DNA of 32,000 nt, from assembly GCF_001306055.1 (NCBI RefSeq), contig NZ_LGHJ01000007.1, positions 60,001-92,000 on the forward strand, written 5' to 3'. Position 1 is the first letter of the stretch; each line of letters starts with the position of its first letter. The notes under the pieces are model-generated. The model saw only the letters and a program-made list of their open reading frames with translations. It had not been told where the DNA came from and did no database searches. Position numbers and translations under genes: made by a program. Origin of the DNA: Bellilinea caldifistulae (GTDB lineage: Bacteria > Chloroflexota > Anaerolineae > Anaerolineales > Anaerolineaceae). Positions 1-10,746 of this stretch are shown one piece after another.

Positions 1-260
1 AGTAAGTTGTTTGGGATCAGGCGATACATGGCTTTCAAGCCTTTTCCCTGCGCTGCGTAAGCAAAGTAACTGCCGGCGAGAAATAGAAACAATGGCACAG
101 CAAAAATCCCTAATTCTTTTATCGGAATCAACAGAGATTTTTGCCATTGAGGAATGCCCACCCCTTGATTTCTGGCAAACTGAAACCCAAGGGTGATGGA
201 ATGGTTAATGACCACAAGCAGTATTGCAATGCCACGCAGAGCAGGGAAATTTCTATTCAC
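1..260 (-). CDS. Acyltransferase family 3 (OafA/YrhL-like membrane O-acyltransferase), N-terminal part only; gene runs off the left edge
   Basis: Absent from the ORF track because there is no stop inside the window. Minus-strand translation from GTG 260..258 gives VNRNFPALRGIAILLVVINHSITLGFQFARNQGVGIPQWQKSLLIPIKELGIFAVPLFLFLAGSYFAY. This matches the LRGIAILxVVxxH N-terminal signature and first TM helices of acyltransferase_3 proteins. An in-frame stop lies just upstream, an AAGGTG-like SD is ~8 nt upstream, and the start is 12 nt after the sat-cysC stop. Confidence 0.6.
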   Translation of the reverse strand, partial: MNRNFPALRGIAILLVVINHSITLGFQFARNQGVGIPQWQKSLLIPIKELGIFAVPLFLFLAGSYFAYAAQGKGLKAMYRLIPNNL

Positions 261-272
261 AAATGCGCACCT

Positions 273-2042
<1,770 letters not shown>

Positions 2043-2121
2043 TTAATATAAAATTCAGGGTAAGAAGCTATGCTCGTAATATTGGAACTCCATGTTAAGG
2101 CAGCTCTCACCCTGTTGATGG

Positions 2122-3114
2122 TCAATTGCAAGGGTTTATTTGTAAGGGGGAGAGTCGGAGGTACTCTGTTGTCCTCTTCTTTTGTAGAATGTCCAGAGCT
2201 ACTCGGTGCACTTGATCTTCACTCAGGTTGAGTTGTTCGGCAATTTCCTTTTCCGAATACCCATTTTCAACACCATACCAGATCAGATCCAATATCTCGA
2301 AGGGGAGACGGAAGAAAAATTCCTCTTGAGTGCTACCTGCGCTATAAGTATCCGAAGTGGGGGGTCTTTGTTGGATTTCGGATGGAATTCCCAGGTATTT
2401 TGCCAATTGATAGACCTGGCTCTTGAATAAATGAACAATGGGACTGAAATCCACACCGCCATCGCCGTATTTCACAAAAAATCCCAGGTCGTGCTCGTTT
2501 TTGTTCGCAGTACCTGCCACGGCGTAATTTTTTCTTTCAGCGTTATAGTAAAGCATTGCCATTCGGGTGCGCTGCTTGAAATTTGATGCCGCCATAATTT
2601 GCAAAAACTCTGCTGTTGGAATTCGTTTGGTTATTTCTACCCCTTCCGGAGAGACAACCGTCAAATAGAACACATTTAAAGTTTGTTCTTCTAATAAACT
2701 GCCCGGAAGGGTGATCTTCGATTTCCAATTTCGATCAAATTGAGGGACAATACGACGGATAGCTTCATCTCTCCTTTGATAACAGCCTGCGCCTTTCAAT
2801 GCTTCTGATATATCCTCAGTAATGGTATCAATTCCCAGCGAATTAGCCAATTCCATGGCTAGTTGTCTGCTGTCAGGGCTGGATTCCGATTCTGGTAAAA
2901 GTATCCCAAGCACTTTCTGGCTACCCAAAGCTCTCACACACAAAGCGGCAACAACCGATGAATCAATTCCTCCACTGATACCTACCACGACCCCACGGCG
3001 ATGCAGATCCTGGAAAACAGTATTCCTTATCCATCCAGAAATTCGATCTGCTTCCTGTCGCACATCCAATTGAAGCGAATTTTTTGAAAAAACGGGTTGA
3101 CTTGAATTCGTCAT
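2122..3114 (-). CDS. nadE: NAD+ synthetase (NadE) family N-type ATP pyrophosphatase, NH3-dependent type (no nitrilase domain)
   Basis: The ORF-track start at 3153 is a TTG that overlaps asnB. The ATG at 3114 is preceded by a GAGGAAGA SD and sits just past the asnB stop, so I prefer it (330 aa). PP-loop GISGGIDSSVVAALC; FVKYGDGGVDFSPIVHLFKSQVYQLAKYLGIP matches the NadE core. Confidence 0.75.
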   Translation of the reverse strand: MTNSSQPVFSKNSLQLDVRQEADRISGWIRNTVFQDLHRRGVVVGISGGIDSSVVAALCVRALGSQKVLGILLPESESSPDSRQLAMELANSLGIDTITEDISEALKGAGCYQRRDEAIRRIVPQFDRNWKSKITLPGSLLEEQTLNVFYLTVVSPEGVEITKRIPTAEFLQIMAASNFKQRTRMAMLYYNAERKNYAVAGTANKNEHDLGFFVKYGDGGVDFSPIVHLFKSQVYQLAKYLGIPSEIQQRPPTSDTYSAGSTQEEFFFRLPFEILDLIWYGVENGYSEKEIAEQLNLSEDQVHRVALDILQKKRTTEYLRLSPLQINPCN

Positions 3115-3133
3115 TCTTCCTCGAAGAGGCAAT

Positions 3134-5092
3134 TCAATTTTGGATTTTGTCAATTATCTTGATTGGAGCAGATGTTGTTTGATTTAGAGAACCATTCCGA
3201 AGAATGAATTGATCAAACAGGAGCAAAGTAGAAATAATCCCCACAACTACCATCTCCTCAATTTCACTAAGCTGATTTTCGTTGGAAGCTTTCAGGAATA
3301 GTTTTTTTACAGCAAGTTTATTAAACAAATCACTTTTTTGAAGATTTTCTTCACTCACCAGATCGGCCAGATATTCAGGTTGATGGTTACTAAAGAAAGA
3401 GGATTTTATTGGAGCGCGATATGGTTTCTTTTTGCGTTTCCAAATTTCTGGCGGTAGAAAACCACTGGCAAATTTTCTTAAGAGGTATTTTTCGTTCAAT
3501 CCTCTCAACTTATAGCCGTCGGGCAATCGGTTGCAAAACTCAACCAGGCGATAATCCAAAAACGGGAAACGCCCTTCTACGGAATGAGCCATTGCCGGTC
3601 GGTCACCTTGAGACGATAAAAGATAAGGGGACATAAAGGTGACAACTTCCAGATATTGAGCCTGTGCCAGGTGCGACCATTGTTCAAAATCAACCGGGAG
3701 ATGGATTTCATCGTAATTCATGCTTTCAGTAAGGGGATCCTTAAGAAACCTCAATGATCTTGCGGTATTTTCCCAGCGGATCAGGTGAGAATAGAATGGA
3801 GAGTCGGTTTCCATCAACTTACGCTGAAAAAATGCCATCAAGAAGTCAGCCGAGCCCCTTAATCGTGGTATGTCTGGATACAATTTTTTGAAAAGCAAAG
3901 GGCGAAAAGCAGATGCCGGATCTCTGGCAACAAATCTGCGAATTTTCATTTCCTTGAATATATCGTAGCCGGCAAGAAATTCATCCGCTCCCTCACCGGT
4001 TAGGACAACTTTGTACCCATGCTCCTGGACAAGCCTGGAAAGTAAAAACATCGGAGCCGGGGAGGTGCGTAATACAGGACTTTCGGTGTGCCAAATTACG
4101 TCTGGAAACACCCTTCCGATGTCTTCTGGTGTGCACTGAACAACCTGATGCCTTGTGCCAAGATAACGAGCCATTTCTTGTTGAAAATCACTCTCATTAA
4201 ATTCTTCGTTGCTAAACGCAATTGAAAAACTATCCAACGGGGTTTCAGTATATTTGCGGATAATTGCTGCAATGGTTGATGAGTCCAGGCCACCGCTCAA
4301 ATATGCTCCTACTGGCACATCTGCTCGAAGTCTGATCTGAGTAGCATCAATCAACAAATCAACAAATTGCTCAAACACCTCAGTCTCACCGATCAGGCTC
4401 TGATGATCCTCCGCTTGAAAGGATAATTGCCAGTACGGTTCGATAATCATTTTATTTTCCCGGTATAGAAGGAAATGGCCGGGCGGAATTTGTTTCACAT
4501 TTTCGAAGGACGTACGTGGTGGTTGCACTGCCCAATAGGTAAAAACTTGACTTAAGGCATGTTTGTCTAATTCGAGATGAAAACCTGGTACCGCAAGGAA
4601 GGATTTAATCTCAGACGCAAACATAAGAGTGGTTGAGTCACATGTATAAAATAAAGGGCGTATTCCAAGTCGATCCCTTGCGAGTAATAAGGTTTTTGTG
4701 CGGCTATCCCATATCGCAATTGCAAATTGACCATTCAAAAAATTCAGACAATCCGTTCCATACTCTTCATAAAGGTGCACAATTACTTCGGTATCGGTCT
4801 TCGTCTTGAAGCGATGTCCTTTTTGTTCAAGAGGAGGTCTTAATTCAACGTAATTAAAAATTTCCCCGTTGAAAACGATCCAAATGGTATCGTCTTCATT
4901 TGAAATTGGTTGTGACCCGCCGGCCAAATCTATGATGCTCAATCGCGCACTGGACAGACCCGTTTGTTCGTCCCGATAAATACCAAATTCATCTGGTCCG
5001 CGGTGATGAAGTGCCAGAATCATATTCTTCAACACCTCGAGAGAAATGTTGTTGGTTGGTTCATAATGGAATATTCCACTAATTCCGCACAT
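3134..5092 (-). CDS. asnB: Asparagine synthase (glutamine-hydrolysing) family amidotransferase/amidoligase
   Basis: 652 aa. N-terminus MCGISGIF carries the Cys2 Ntn-amidotransferase nucleophile; central PP-loop AYLSGGLDSSTIAA. Starts 6 nt after the ligase stop. Confidence 0.9.
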   Translation of the reverse strand: MCGISGIFHYEPTNNISLEVLKNMILALHHRGPDEFGIYRDEQTGLSSARLSIIDLAGGSQPISNEDDTIWIVFNGEIFNYVELRPPLEQKGHRFKTKTDTEVIVHLYEEYGTDCLNFLNGQFAIAIWDSRTKTLLLARDRLGIRPLFYTCDSTTLMFASEIKSFLAVPGFHLELDKHALSQVFTYWAVQPPRTSFENVKQIPPGHFLLYRENKMIIEPYWQLSFQAEDHQSLIGETEVFEQFVDLLIDATQIRLRADVPVGAYLSGGLDSSTIAAIIRKYTETPLDSFSIAFSNEEFNESDFQQEMARYLGTRHQVVQCTPEDIGRVFPDVIWHTESPVLRTSPAPMFLLSRLVQEHGYKVVLTGEGADEFLAGYDIFKEMKIRRFVARDPASAFRPLLFKKLYPDIPRLRGSADFLMAFFQRKLMETDSPFYSHLIRWENTARSLRFLKDPLTESMNYDEIHLPVDFEQWSHLAQAQYLEVVTFMSPYLLSSQGDRPAMAHSVEGRFPFLDYRLVEFCNRLPDGYKLRGLNEKYLLRKFASGFLPPEIWKRKKKPYRAPIKSSFFSNHQPEYLADLVSEENLQKSDLFNKLAVKKLFLKASNENQLSEIEEMVVVGIISTLLLFDQFILRNGSLNQTTSAPIKIIDKIQN

Positions 5093-5098
5093 GATTTT

Positions 5099-6655
5099 CT
5101 ATCGAAGCTCGGTCTTCTTTATTTTTCCGGATGATGTTTTTGGAAGTTCATCTACAAATTGAACAATTTTGGGAATCATAAAATCTTCGAGGTGGTTCCT
5201 ACAAAACCGAAGCACATCTGTTTCTGTAAGAGAAGAGTTGTTTTTAACAATGAACGCTTTTATGGCCTGTCCAAGCAGAGCATCTTCCACACCAATAACG
5301 GCAACTTCATGCACTCCCTCGATTTTATAAAGGACATTTTCGACTTCCTTAGGTGATACTTTTTCTCCGCGGCTTTTGATGACATCATCTTTGCGAGCGA
5401 CGAAATAAAAAAATCCTTCTTCGTCCATCTTGAAAAGGTCACCCGTGTAGCATAATCTTTCCCCGGGTATCCTCCCCGGCCGAAATCGTTGTGCAGTAAG
5501 TTCCTCATCCCCCCAATACCCACGCATGACATGCCTTCCGCGCACCACCAGTTCTCCAACCTCCCCAGCGCCTAGCCGATTTCCACGTTCGTCCTCGATC
5601 CAAACCTCAGTTCCGGGAATTGCAATCCCAACCGAATCGGGTTTCGTATCAAGATAGGAGGGGGGGAGATACAGGGTTCTTTTGGTTTCAGTTAAACCGT
5701 ACATTGAATACAATCGAACATGCGGAAAAGTATCTCGAATTTTCAAGATATGGGCGGGCGGAAGTGCTGCTGCTGTGTTGGTCATGTACCGAAGACTGGA
5801 TAAATCGTAATCATCCAAATCCATATTGACCAGCATGGAAAAAATGGTCGGAACACCCGGAAAACCGGTTACCTTCTCTTTTTCAATCAAGTTAAGGATC
5901 TGGGCAGGAAAACTGAAACCCTTTTCTAAAACCAAGCGCCCCCCAAAAGAAAAAACCATCAAAAGCTGATAGAGGCCGTAATCAAAGGACAAAGGCAGTA
6001 CATTGATCACGACATCATCTTCAGTATTCCCGATGTAAGAAGTAATGGAATTTACGGCAAAAATAATATTGCTATGATCCGACATTACACCCTTTGGCTC
6101 ACCCGTACTGCCAGAGGTGTAAATCAAACAGGCCAGGTCCAGGTCAATATTTCTGGCAGGGAGACGGGTAGGGGGGTAAGTTTTGAGAAATTGTTCCCAT
6201 GAGAAACATGCTGTGGTTGGTTCTGTGGTTGGTTGGTCGAGAAGCTCTCCTTCTTTAGCAATTACAACGAAGAATTTTATACTTGGGCAAGAAGCACGCA
6301 TTTCCTCAATTGGAATTTTCTGGTGAGGGGATACAACCAAGGCAGATACACCACAATTATTGAGGATATAAACCAATTTATCGGTTTTGGTGGTGGCGTT
6401 GATCACAACAAAGACCGCGTCACATTTTAAAATTGCAAAAATCCCAATCACCAATTCAACGCTATTTTGCATGAATAGCGCAACCCGATCTCCTCTTTGA
6501 ATTCCATTGAATCTCAGACCGTTTGCGATACGATTAGCGCGGTCTTCTATCTCGGCATAGGTGAGACGCTCATCCCCACATACAAGAGCCACTTTTTCAG
6601 GAATTCTATCCGCACTTTTTTCCAGAAATTCCTGAACCAACCGAAAGCAGGTCAT
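5099..6655 (-). CDS. AMP-forming adenylating enzyme (ANL superfamily acyl-CoA / acyl- or aminoacyl-carrier-protein ligase)
   Basis: 518 aa. Core motifs YTSGSTGEPKGV, YGLTET, YTGDL, RKDDVIKSRGEKVSPKEVE and PKTSSGKIKK. ATGA start/stop overlap with the upstream carrier-protein gene. Confidence 0.9.
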   Translation of the reverse strand: MTCFRLVQEFLEKSADRIPEKVALVCGDERLTYAEIEDRANRIANGLRFNGIQRGDRVALFMQNSVELVIGIFAILKCDAVFVVINATTKTDKLVYILNNCGVSALVVSPHQKIPIEEMRASCPSIKFFVVIAKEGELLDQPTTEPTTACFSWEQFLKTYPPTRLPARNIDLDLACLIYTSGSTGEPKGVMSDHSNIIFAVNSITSYIGNTEDDVVINVLPLSFDYGLYQLLMVFSFGGRLVLEKGFSFPAQILNLIEKEKVTGFPGVPTIFSMLVNMDLDDYDLSSLRYMTNTAAALPPAHILKIRDTFPHVRLYSMYGLTETKRTLYLPPSYLDTKPDSVGIAIPGTEVWIEDERGNRLGAGEVGELVVRGRHVMRGYWGDEELTAQRFRPGRIPGERLCYTGDLFKMDEEGFFYFVARKDDVIKSRGEKVSPKEVENVLYKIEGVHEVAVIGVEDALLGQAIKAFIVKNNSSLTETDVLRFCRNHLEDFMIPKIVQFVDELPKTSSGKIKKTELR

Positions 6656-6915
6656 TGAGAAACAACACCTTTCATCCGAAGGTAATTCGCCAGATTCCTA
6701 ACCGAATCGAAGTTGGCCGGAATAATTTCCCGATCCTCGACCCGAACCCCGAATGTCTCTTCGACATAAGCAACAATCTCCATGACGTTCATCGAGTCAA
6801 CAATACCATTTTCAAGGAATGAGGTCTCTTCAGAGTAAGGATATCCATCGTTTGTAAACAGAATGTTTTCCGCAATGTAGTCTTTGATCTTTTGTTCAAT
6901 AGGTTGATTCATCAT
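6652..6915 (-). CDS. Stand-alone acyl/peptidyl carrier protein
   Basis: The ORF track extends to 6996, overlapping the rSAM gene. ATGATG at 6915 has a GGGAG SD ~6 nt upstream, giving 87 aa. LENGIVDSMNVMEIVAYVEETFG is the carrier-protein helix II motif with the phosphopantetheinyl Ser (DSM). It is DltC-like in size and layout. Confidence 0.8.
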   Translation of the reverse strand: MMNQPIEQKIKDYIAENILFTNDGYPYSEETSFLENGIVDSMNVMEIVAYVEETFGVRVEDREIIPANFDSVRNLANYLRMKGVVSQ

Positions 6916-6946
6916 AAAACTCCCAACGATTGAGGTAGGATGATGC

Positions 6947-8602
6947 TTACGACTCGCTTTTCCCGGTTTGCCACTGGAAATGCTGCAGACCGACACTGAT
7001 CGCTGATTTCATAGTAGAAAAATCAGAGAAGACCATTTTCAGGTATGTCAAAATAGGGCCAGGTCGAAGTGCCCACTCCCGAAAAGCGCGTTTTTGCCAG
7101 TAAAGGAGTTTTTCAGCCGGCAAACCGGGATAATCCAACACGGTGCCTTTGTCCATATCCACCTGTTCCCAACGCGTTCCGGGGCGGAACCAATTTTCCC
7201 GAACGACTTCAAAGAAAAACGGCGTTCCAGGATAGGGTGCAGCCACATGAAACAAGGCGATATCCAGAGGAAGTTTTTTCGAAAACTCGATGGTTTGACG
7301 AATTGACTCTTCGGTTTCGGTTGGCAAACCTATAATGAAGTATCCCCAATTCTTGATGCCGGCTTTCCTGGCCCATGTAAGGGATCTCAGAGCAGTTTCC
7401 GGATAAGCACCCTTTCGTGCATGACGTAATACTTGCTCGCTGCCCGATTCTATTCCCCAGGTCATCAAGAAACATCCCGCTTTTGCCATCAGATTGAGCA
7501 TTTCCTCGTCCACGTAATCAACCCGGCTATTGCAAGTCCATTTCATGTTGATTTTGGCATCAATCATTGCTTTACAAATTCCGATAACCTGATCGCGATT
7601 TGCCGTGAACAAATCGGCATACATGTTCACGTTATTAATTCCCAGTTTTTTCAACACCCACAGTTCTTCAAGAACCTTTTCTGGGGAACGCAAACGAACG
7701 GTGTACTGATAACTCACATGCTTGATGCAGTAGATGCAACCAGCGGTACAGCCACGACTGGTGACAATAAAGGTAAAAGGTCCTTTCATCAAAGGCATGA
7801 CGTACTTTTTATAGGGCAACATTTCGTGTAGTGGAATCGGGAGATCGTCCAGATCCTTGATGAAGGGACGGTTTTTGTTTAATATGATCTCATCCCCCTT
7901 GCGCCAAACAATCCCCTTGATTTCATGCATATTGACGGTTCCGTCTGCATTCAGAGCAGGGCGGTATTCAGGATCGTGCTCATTAATCAATTTTTGTATG
8001 AGGGGAGGCCGTTCATCAATTTTCCCTTCTAGATGATCAATCAGGTCTCGAAGGGTCAAATCCGGTTCTCCGACCAGCCCAATATCCAGAGCGGGGTAGG
8101 GGCGCATTGTTTCTACGGGAATCGGTGTGATATGCGTCCCGAAAACCATGGTTGTCGCCCCTCTGGCTTTTGCAAGAAAAACACCGTACATGTCATTTTC
8201 AAGTGTTGGGGCGGTGAGTTGTGAAAGATAATACTTTGGCTGATATTTTGAGATCAGGTTAGCAAATTCTTTCCAGCCCATTCGTTCTGCATTCGCATCA
8301 ATAATTTGAACCTTATAGGTAGGCACGAGCAAAGCAGCCATCTGAGCGAGCGAAACTTGCGGCCACACCATGTTCTCTCTCGTTCGTCGGCCAACCCGAT
8401 GTTGAGTCCGAATCCACAAGCCACCATCTGGCGTTGGAGGATTGACCAGTAAAACATCTACAGCGTCTTTACCACGCGGCTGGCTTAATAGACCGTTACG
8501 CACGATGTCATCGGCGTTGGGGAATTTTGCCATTTTCAACGGAGCTACTCGATGTGCCCCCAGATTTTTGTATTTCATTTCCATTTGCGGCTTTTCGTTC
8601 AT
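6947..8602 (-). CDS. B12-binding-domain radical SAM enzyme (class B rSAM)
   Basis: 551 aa, ATG 8602 preceded by a GAGAGG SD. N-terminal Rossmann-like B12-binding-type region (DVLLVNPPTPDGG...IIDAN...). Radical SAM cluster motif SRGCTAGCIYC (CxxxCxxC). Confidence 0.85.
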   Translation of the reverse strand: MNEKPQMEMKYKNLGAHRVAPLKMAKFPNADDIVRNGLLSQPRGKDAVDVLLVNPPTPDGGLWIRTQHRVGRRTRENMVWPQVSLAQMAALLVPTYKVQIIDANAERMGWKEFANLISKYQPKYYLSQLTAPTLENDMYGVFLAKARGATTMVFGTHITPIPVETMRPYPALDIGLVGEPDLTLRDLIDHLEGKIDERPPLIQKLINEHDPEYRPALNADGTVNMHEIKGIVWRKGDEIILNKNRPFIKDLDDLPIPLHEMLPYKKYVMPLMKGPFTFIVTSRGCTAGCIYCIKHVSYQYTVRLRSPEKVLEELWVLKKLGINNVNMYADLFTANRDQVIGICKAMIDAKINMKWTCNSRVDYVDEEMLNLMAKAGCFLMTWGIESGSEQVLRHARKGAYPETALRSLTWARKAGIKNWGYFIIGLPTETEESIRQTIEFSKKLPLDIALFHVAAPYPGTPFFFEVVRENWFRPGTRWEQVDMDKGTVLDYPGLPAEKLLYWQKRAFREWALRPGPILTYLKMVFSDFSTMKSAISVGLQHFQWQTGKSES

Positions 8603-8646
8603 TTTTTTTACCTCTCTAAACCCGTAATAAGTTTGAAACCGAAAAA

Positions 8647-9852
8647 TTAACCATTCAAATCTTGACGGATAAGTAACTCGCGCTGACTAAGGTCTTCCAA
8701 GACCCGCATCAATGCCCAATAGAGAATAAGTTGAACACCAACAAGAATCATCATTGCGCTGCCAAGCAAGTACAACCAGAGTCTCTCAATTTCCCATCCA
8801 GAAATACCTAATGTCAGGCTAACGATACTGAGAACCAAACCGGCTAAAAAGGTTATGCTGCCTAATAAACCAAACCGGCTTTCCAGGGGCTTTTTAAAAA
8901 TCGGTTTACCAAACAACCCTTGCCGGATATTCTTTTTGTAAAAAAGGGACACCAGGTAATTCGACGTTGCACCGAGGGCAAAGAGTGCCACTCCGGTTAC
9001 TCCTGCAACCATCCCTGCAAACAAAGCGGCCACTCCCCATGGGCCAATCGTGGTATCCCCGGACAATCGAGCAACAATTAATCCGAAAATTGAGAGTAAT
9101 GCGAGGAAAACACCTGCCAGTCCCATGATCCCCAAAACCCGAACTGGGTTATAGGCCATTACTGTCCACACCATAGATTGAAGGAAAAGCAATCCATCCC
9201 GTATAACACTTAACTTGGATCGTCCTATCCGTTCGCTGTATGGGATAGGAATTTCACACATGCGAATACCTTCATGAACTGCTCGGGTGCTCATGACAGG
9301 CGTTAGATTTAACCCGTTTGGCAAAGGATAAATCTGGGTTAAGATTTCTCGTTTTACCACCCGCATTCCGCTTGCCGAGTCGGTAATTTTCTGCCATCCC
9401 AGCATGGTCAATAAACCAGCAAAGAAAATATTGCCCACTCGGCGGGTTGCTGGCATTTGACTTTGTTCGCCTGCCATTCGCGAACCGATGACTAAATCCG
9501 CGCCATTGAGAGCTTGTTCACAAAGCAAGGGGAAATATTCGGGCGGGTAGGTGCCGTCAGCATCTAAGAAACCAATGAGCTCACCTTTAGCTCTGGAAAA
9601 GCCGGTCTTTAATGCCCCGCCATAACCTTTGTTGACTTCATGTTTAATAATGACCACATTGTCATCTTGGTCCGCAATTTTCTGAGCAATAACGGCAGTG
9701 TTATCCTTTGAACCATCGTCAACCACCAAAAGCTCGAGATCATCTATGCCAACTTTTCGGAGAGCCGGTCGAATTGACAGAACTCTTTCCATGATTTCAG
9801 CAATACCATTTTCTTCATTATAAGCAGGAATAACAACGGATAAGGTGCACAC
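8647..9852 (-). CDS. Family 2 glycosyltransferase with C-terminal multi-TM anchor (polyprenyl-phosphate sugar synthase-like, GtrB/ArnC/DPM1 architecture)
   Basis: 401 aa, GTG start at 9852 with a GGTAAGAGG SD. GT-A motifs VVIPAYNEE, VVDDGSKDNT and FLDADGTYPP. The last ~150 aa are strongly hydrophobic, with about four TM-like segments. Confidence 0.8.
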   Translation of the reverse strand: MCTLSVVIPAYNEENGIAEIMERVLSIRPALRKVGIDDLELLVVDDGSKDNTAVIAQKIADQDDNVVIIKHEVNKGYGGALKTGFSRAKGELIGFLDADGTYPPEYFPLLCEQALNGADLVIGSRMAGEQSQMPATRRVGNIFFAGLLTMLGWQKITDSASGMRVVKREILTQIYPLPNGLNLTPVMSTRAVHEGIRMCEIPIPYSERIGRSKLSVIRDGLLFLQSMVWTVMAYNPVRVLGIMGLAGVFLALLSIFGLIVARLSGDTTIGPWGVAALFAGMVAGVTGVALFALGATSNYLVSLFYKKNIRQGLFGKPIFKKPLESRFGLLGSITFLAGLVLSIVSLTLGISGWEIERLWLYLLGSAMMILVGVQLILYWALMRVLEDLSQRELLIRQDLNG

Positions 9853-9866
9853 CTCTTACCATCCTT

Positions 9867-10643
9867 TCAAAAATAAACCTTTTTATCGGCGGATAATTTG
9901 ACTTCTCCACTCTCTCGAATGACACGGGCAGGAACACCGCCAACAACTGTATGGGCGGGAACATCCTTTGTAACAACTGCCCCCGCTGCGACAATAGCCC
10001 CCTTTTCAACGCGAACCCCGTCCGTGATAATTGCACCCGCACCTAGCCAGACATCATCCTCTATGGTGATTCCCTCCGCAGTAATTCCCTGATCTACAAA
10101 AGGTAATTCGGGATTGCTGAAAACATGATTGACCGCTAACAATTGTGTGAACGGTGAGGTGAACACGCGATCTCCAATGTTTACACCCCCTTGCCCTCGA
10201 ATAACACTGTATTCTCCGATAAGACAATTTTTTCCAATTTTTATTCCTGAGTTGGGTATTCCGCGAAAATTATAGACATGCAAGATGGCCCCATGCATTA
10301 CGATGGTGTTCTCGCCAATTTGAATTCCATTGGGGCAAGCATGAAGATAAGCCCCCTGGTCGAGGTAAACCCCCTGGCCGAGATGGATTTTGTCTGCAAA
10401 CCGCAAACGTACCCCATTTTCAATTGCCGCCAGACCATCCATGCGCATAATCAACCGATATAAAACCGCACGAAGTGCGATTCCGATAATTGTCGGCACC
10501 CAACCGACACTCAGGTATAAAAATTGTTCCAAAATATAGCGGAACGGATTTGAAGCCTGACGGCTCAAATAAAGACGGATTGAATTATTCTTTGAAGGGG
10601 TCAAATTTGAATGATGGTTTTTCAAAAAGGCATGCTCCGCCAT
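9867..10643 (-). CDS. Hexapeptide-repeat (left-handed beta-helix) acyl/acetyltransferase with N-terminal hydrophobic segment
   Basis: 258 aa, ATG 10643. Hexapeptide repeats [32 protein letters not shown] and [28 protein letters not shown]-terminal TM-like segment [22 protein letters not shown]. Confidence 0.8.
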   Translation of the reverse strand: MAEHAFLKNHHSNLTPSKNNSIRLYLSRQASNPFRYILEQFLYLSVGWVPTIIGIALRAVLYRLIMRMDGLAAIENGVRLRFADKIHLGQGVYLDQGAYLHACPNGIQIGENTIVMHGAILHVYNFRGIPNSGIKIGKNCLIGEYSVIRGQGGVNIGDRVFTSPFTQLLAVNHVFSNPELPFVDQGITAEGITIEDDVWLGAGAIITDGVRVEKGAIVAAGAVVTKDVPAHTVVGGVPARVIRESGEVKLSADKKVYF

Positions 10644-10746
10644 TACGACACAGGATCGTAATGGCTATTGCAGTTATTACCCCTTGCCGGATGGTGTGTT
10701 ACCTCACACGCATACGGTAGGTTTTTTCGTGAAGAGATAAACCTTC

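Noticed and set aside
11-196. Plus-strand 61-aa ORF at the left edge
   Set aside because: The opposite strand over the same region translates into a convincing acyltransferase-3 N-terminus (LRGIAILLVVINH plus TM helices). The plus-strand ORF has no SD and no recognisable motif, so it is a shadow ORF.
2056-2114. Imperfect long-range hairpin (CAGGGTAAGAAGCT / AGCTCTCACCCTG) between nadE-like and sat as a terminator or riboswitch
   Set aside because: The stem has an internal mismatch block and a ~30-nt loop. The downstream tract is only AATTTTAT, and no known riboswitch core is recognisable. At most it is a weak attenuator, with insufficient evidence for a feature call.
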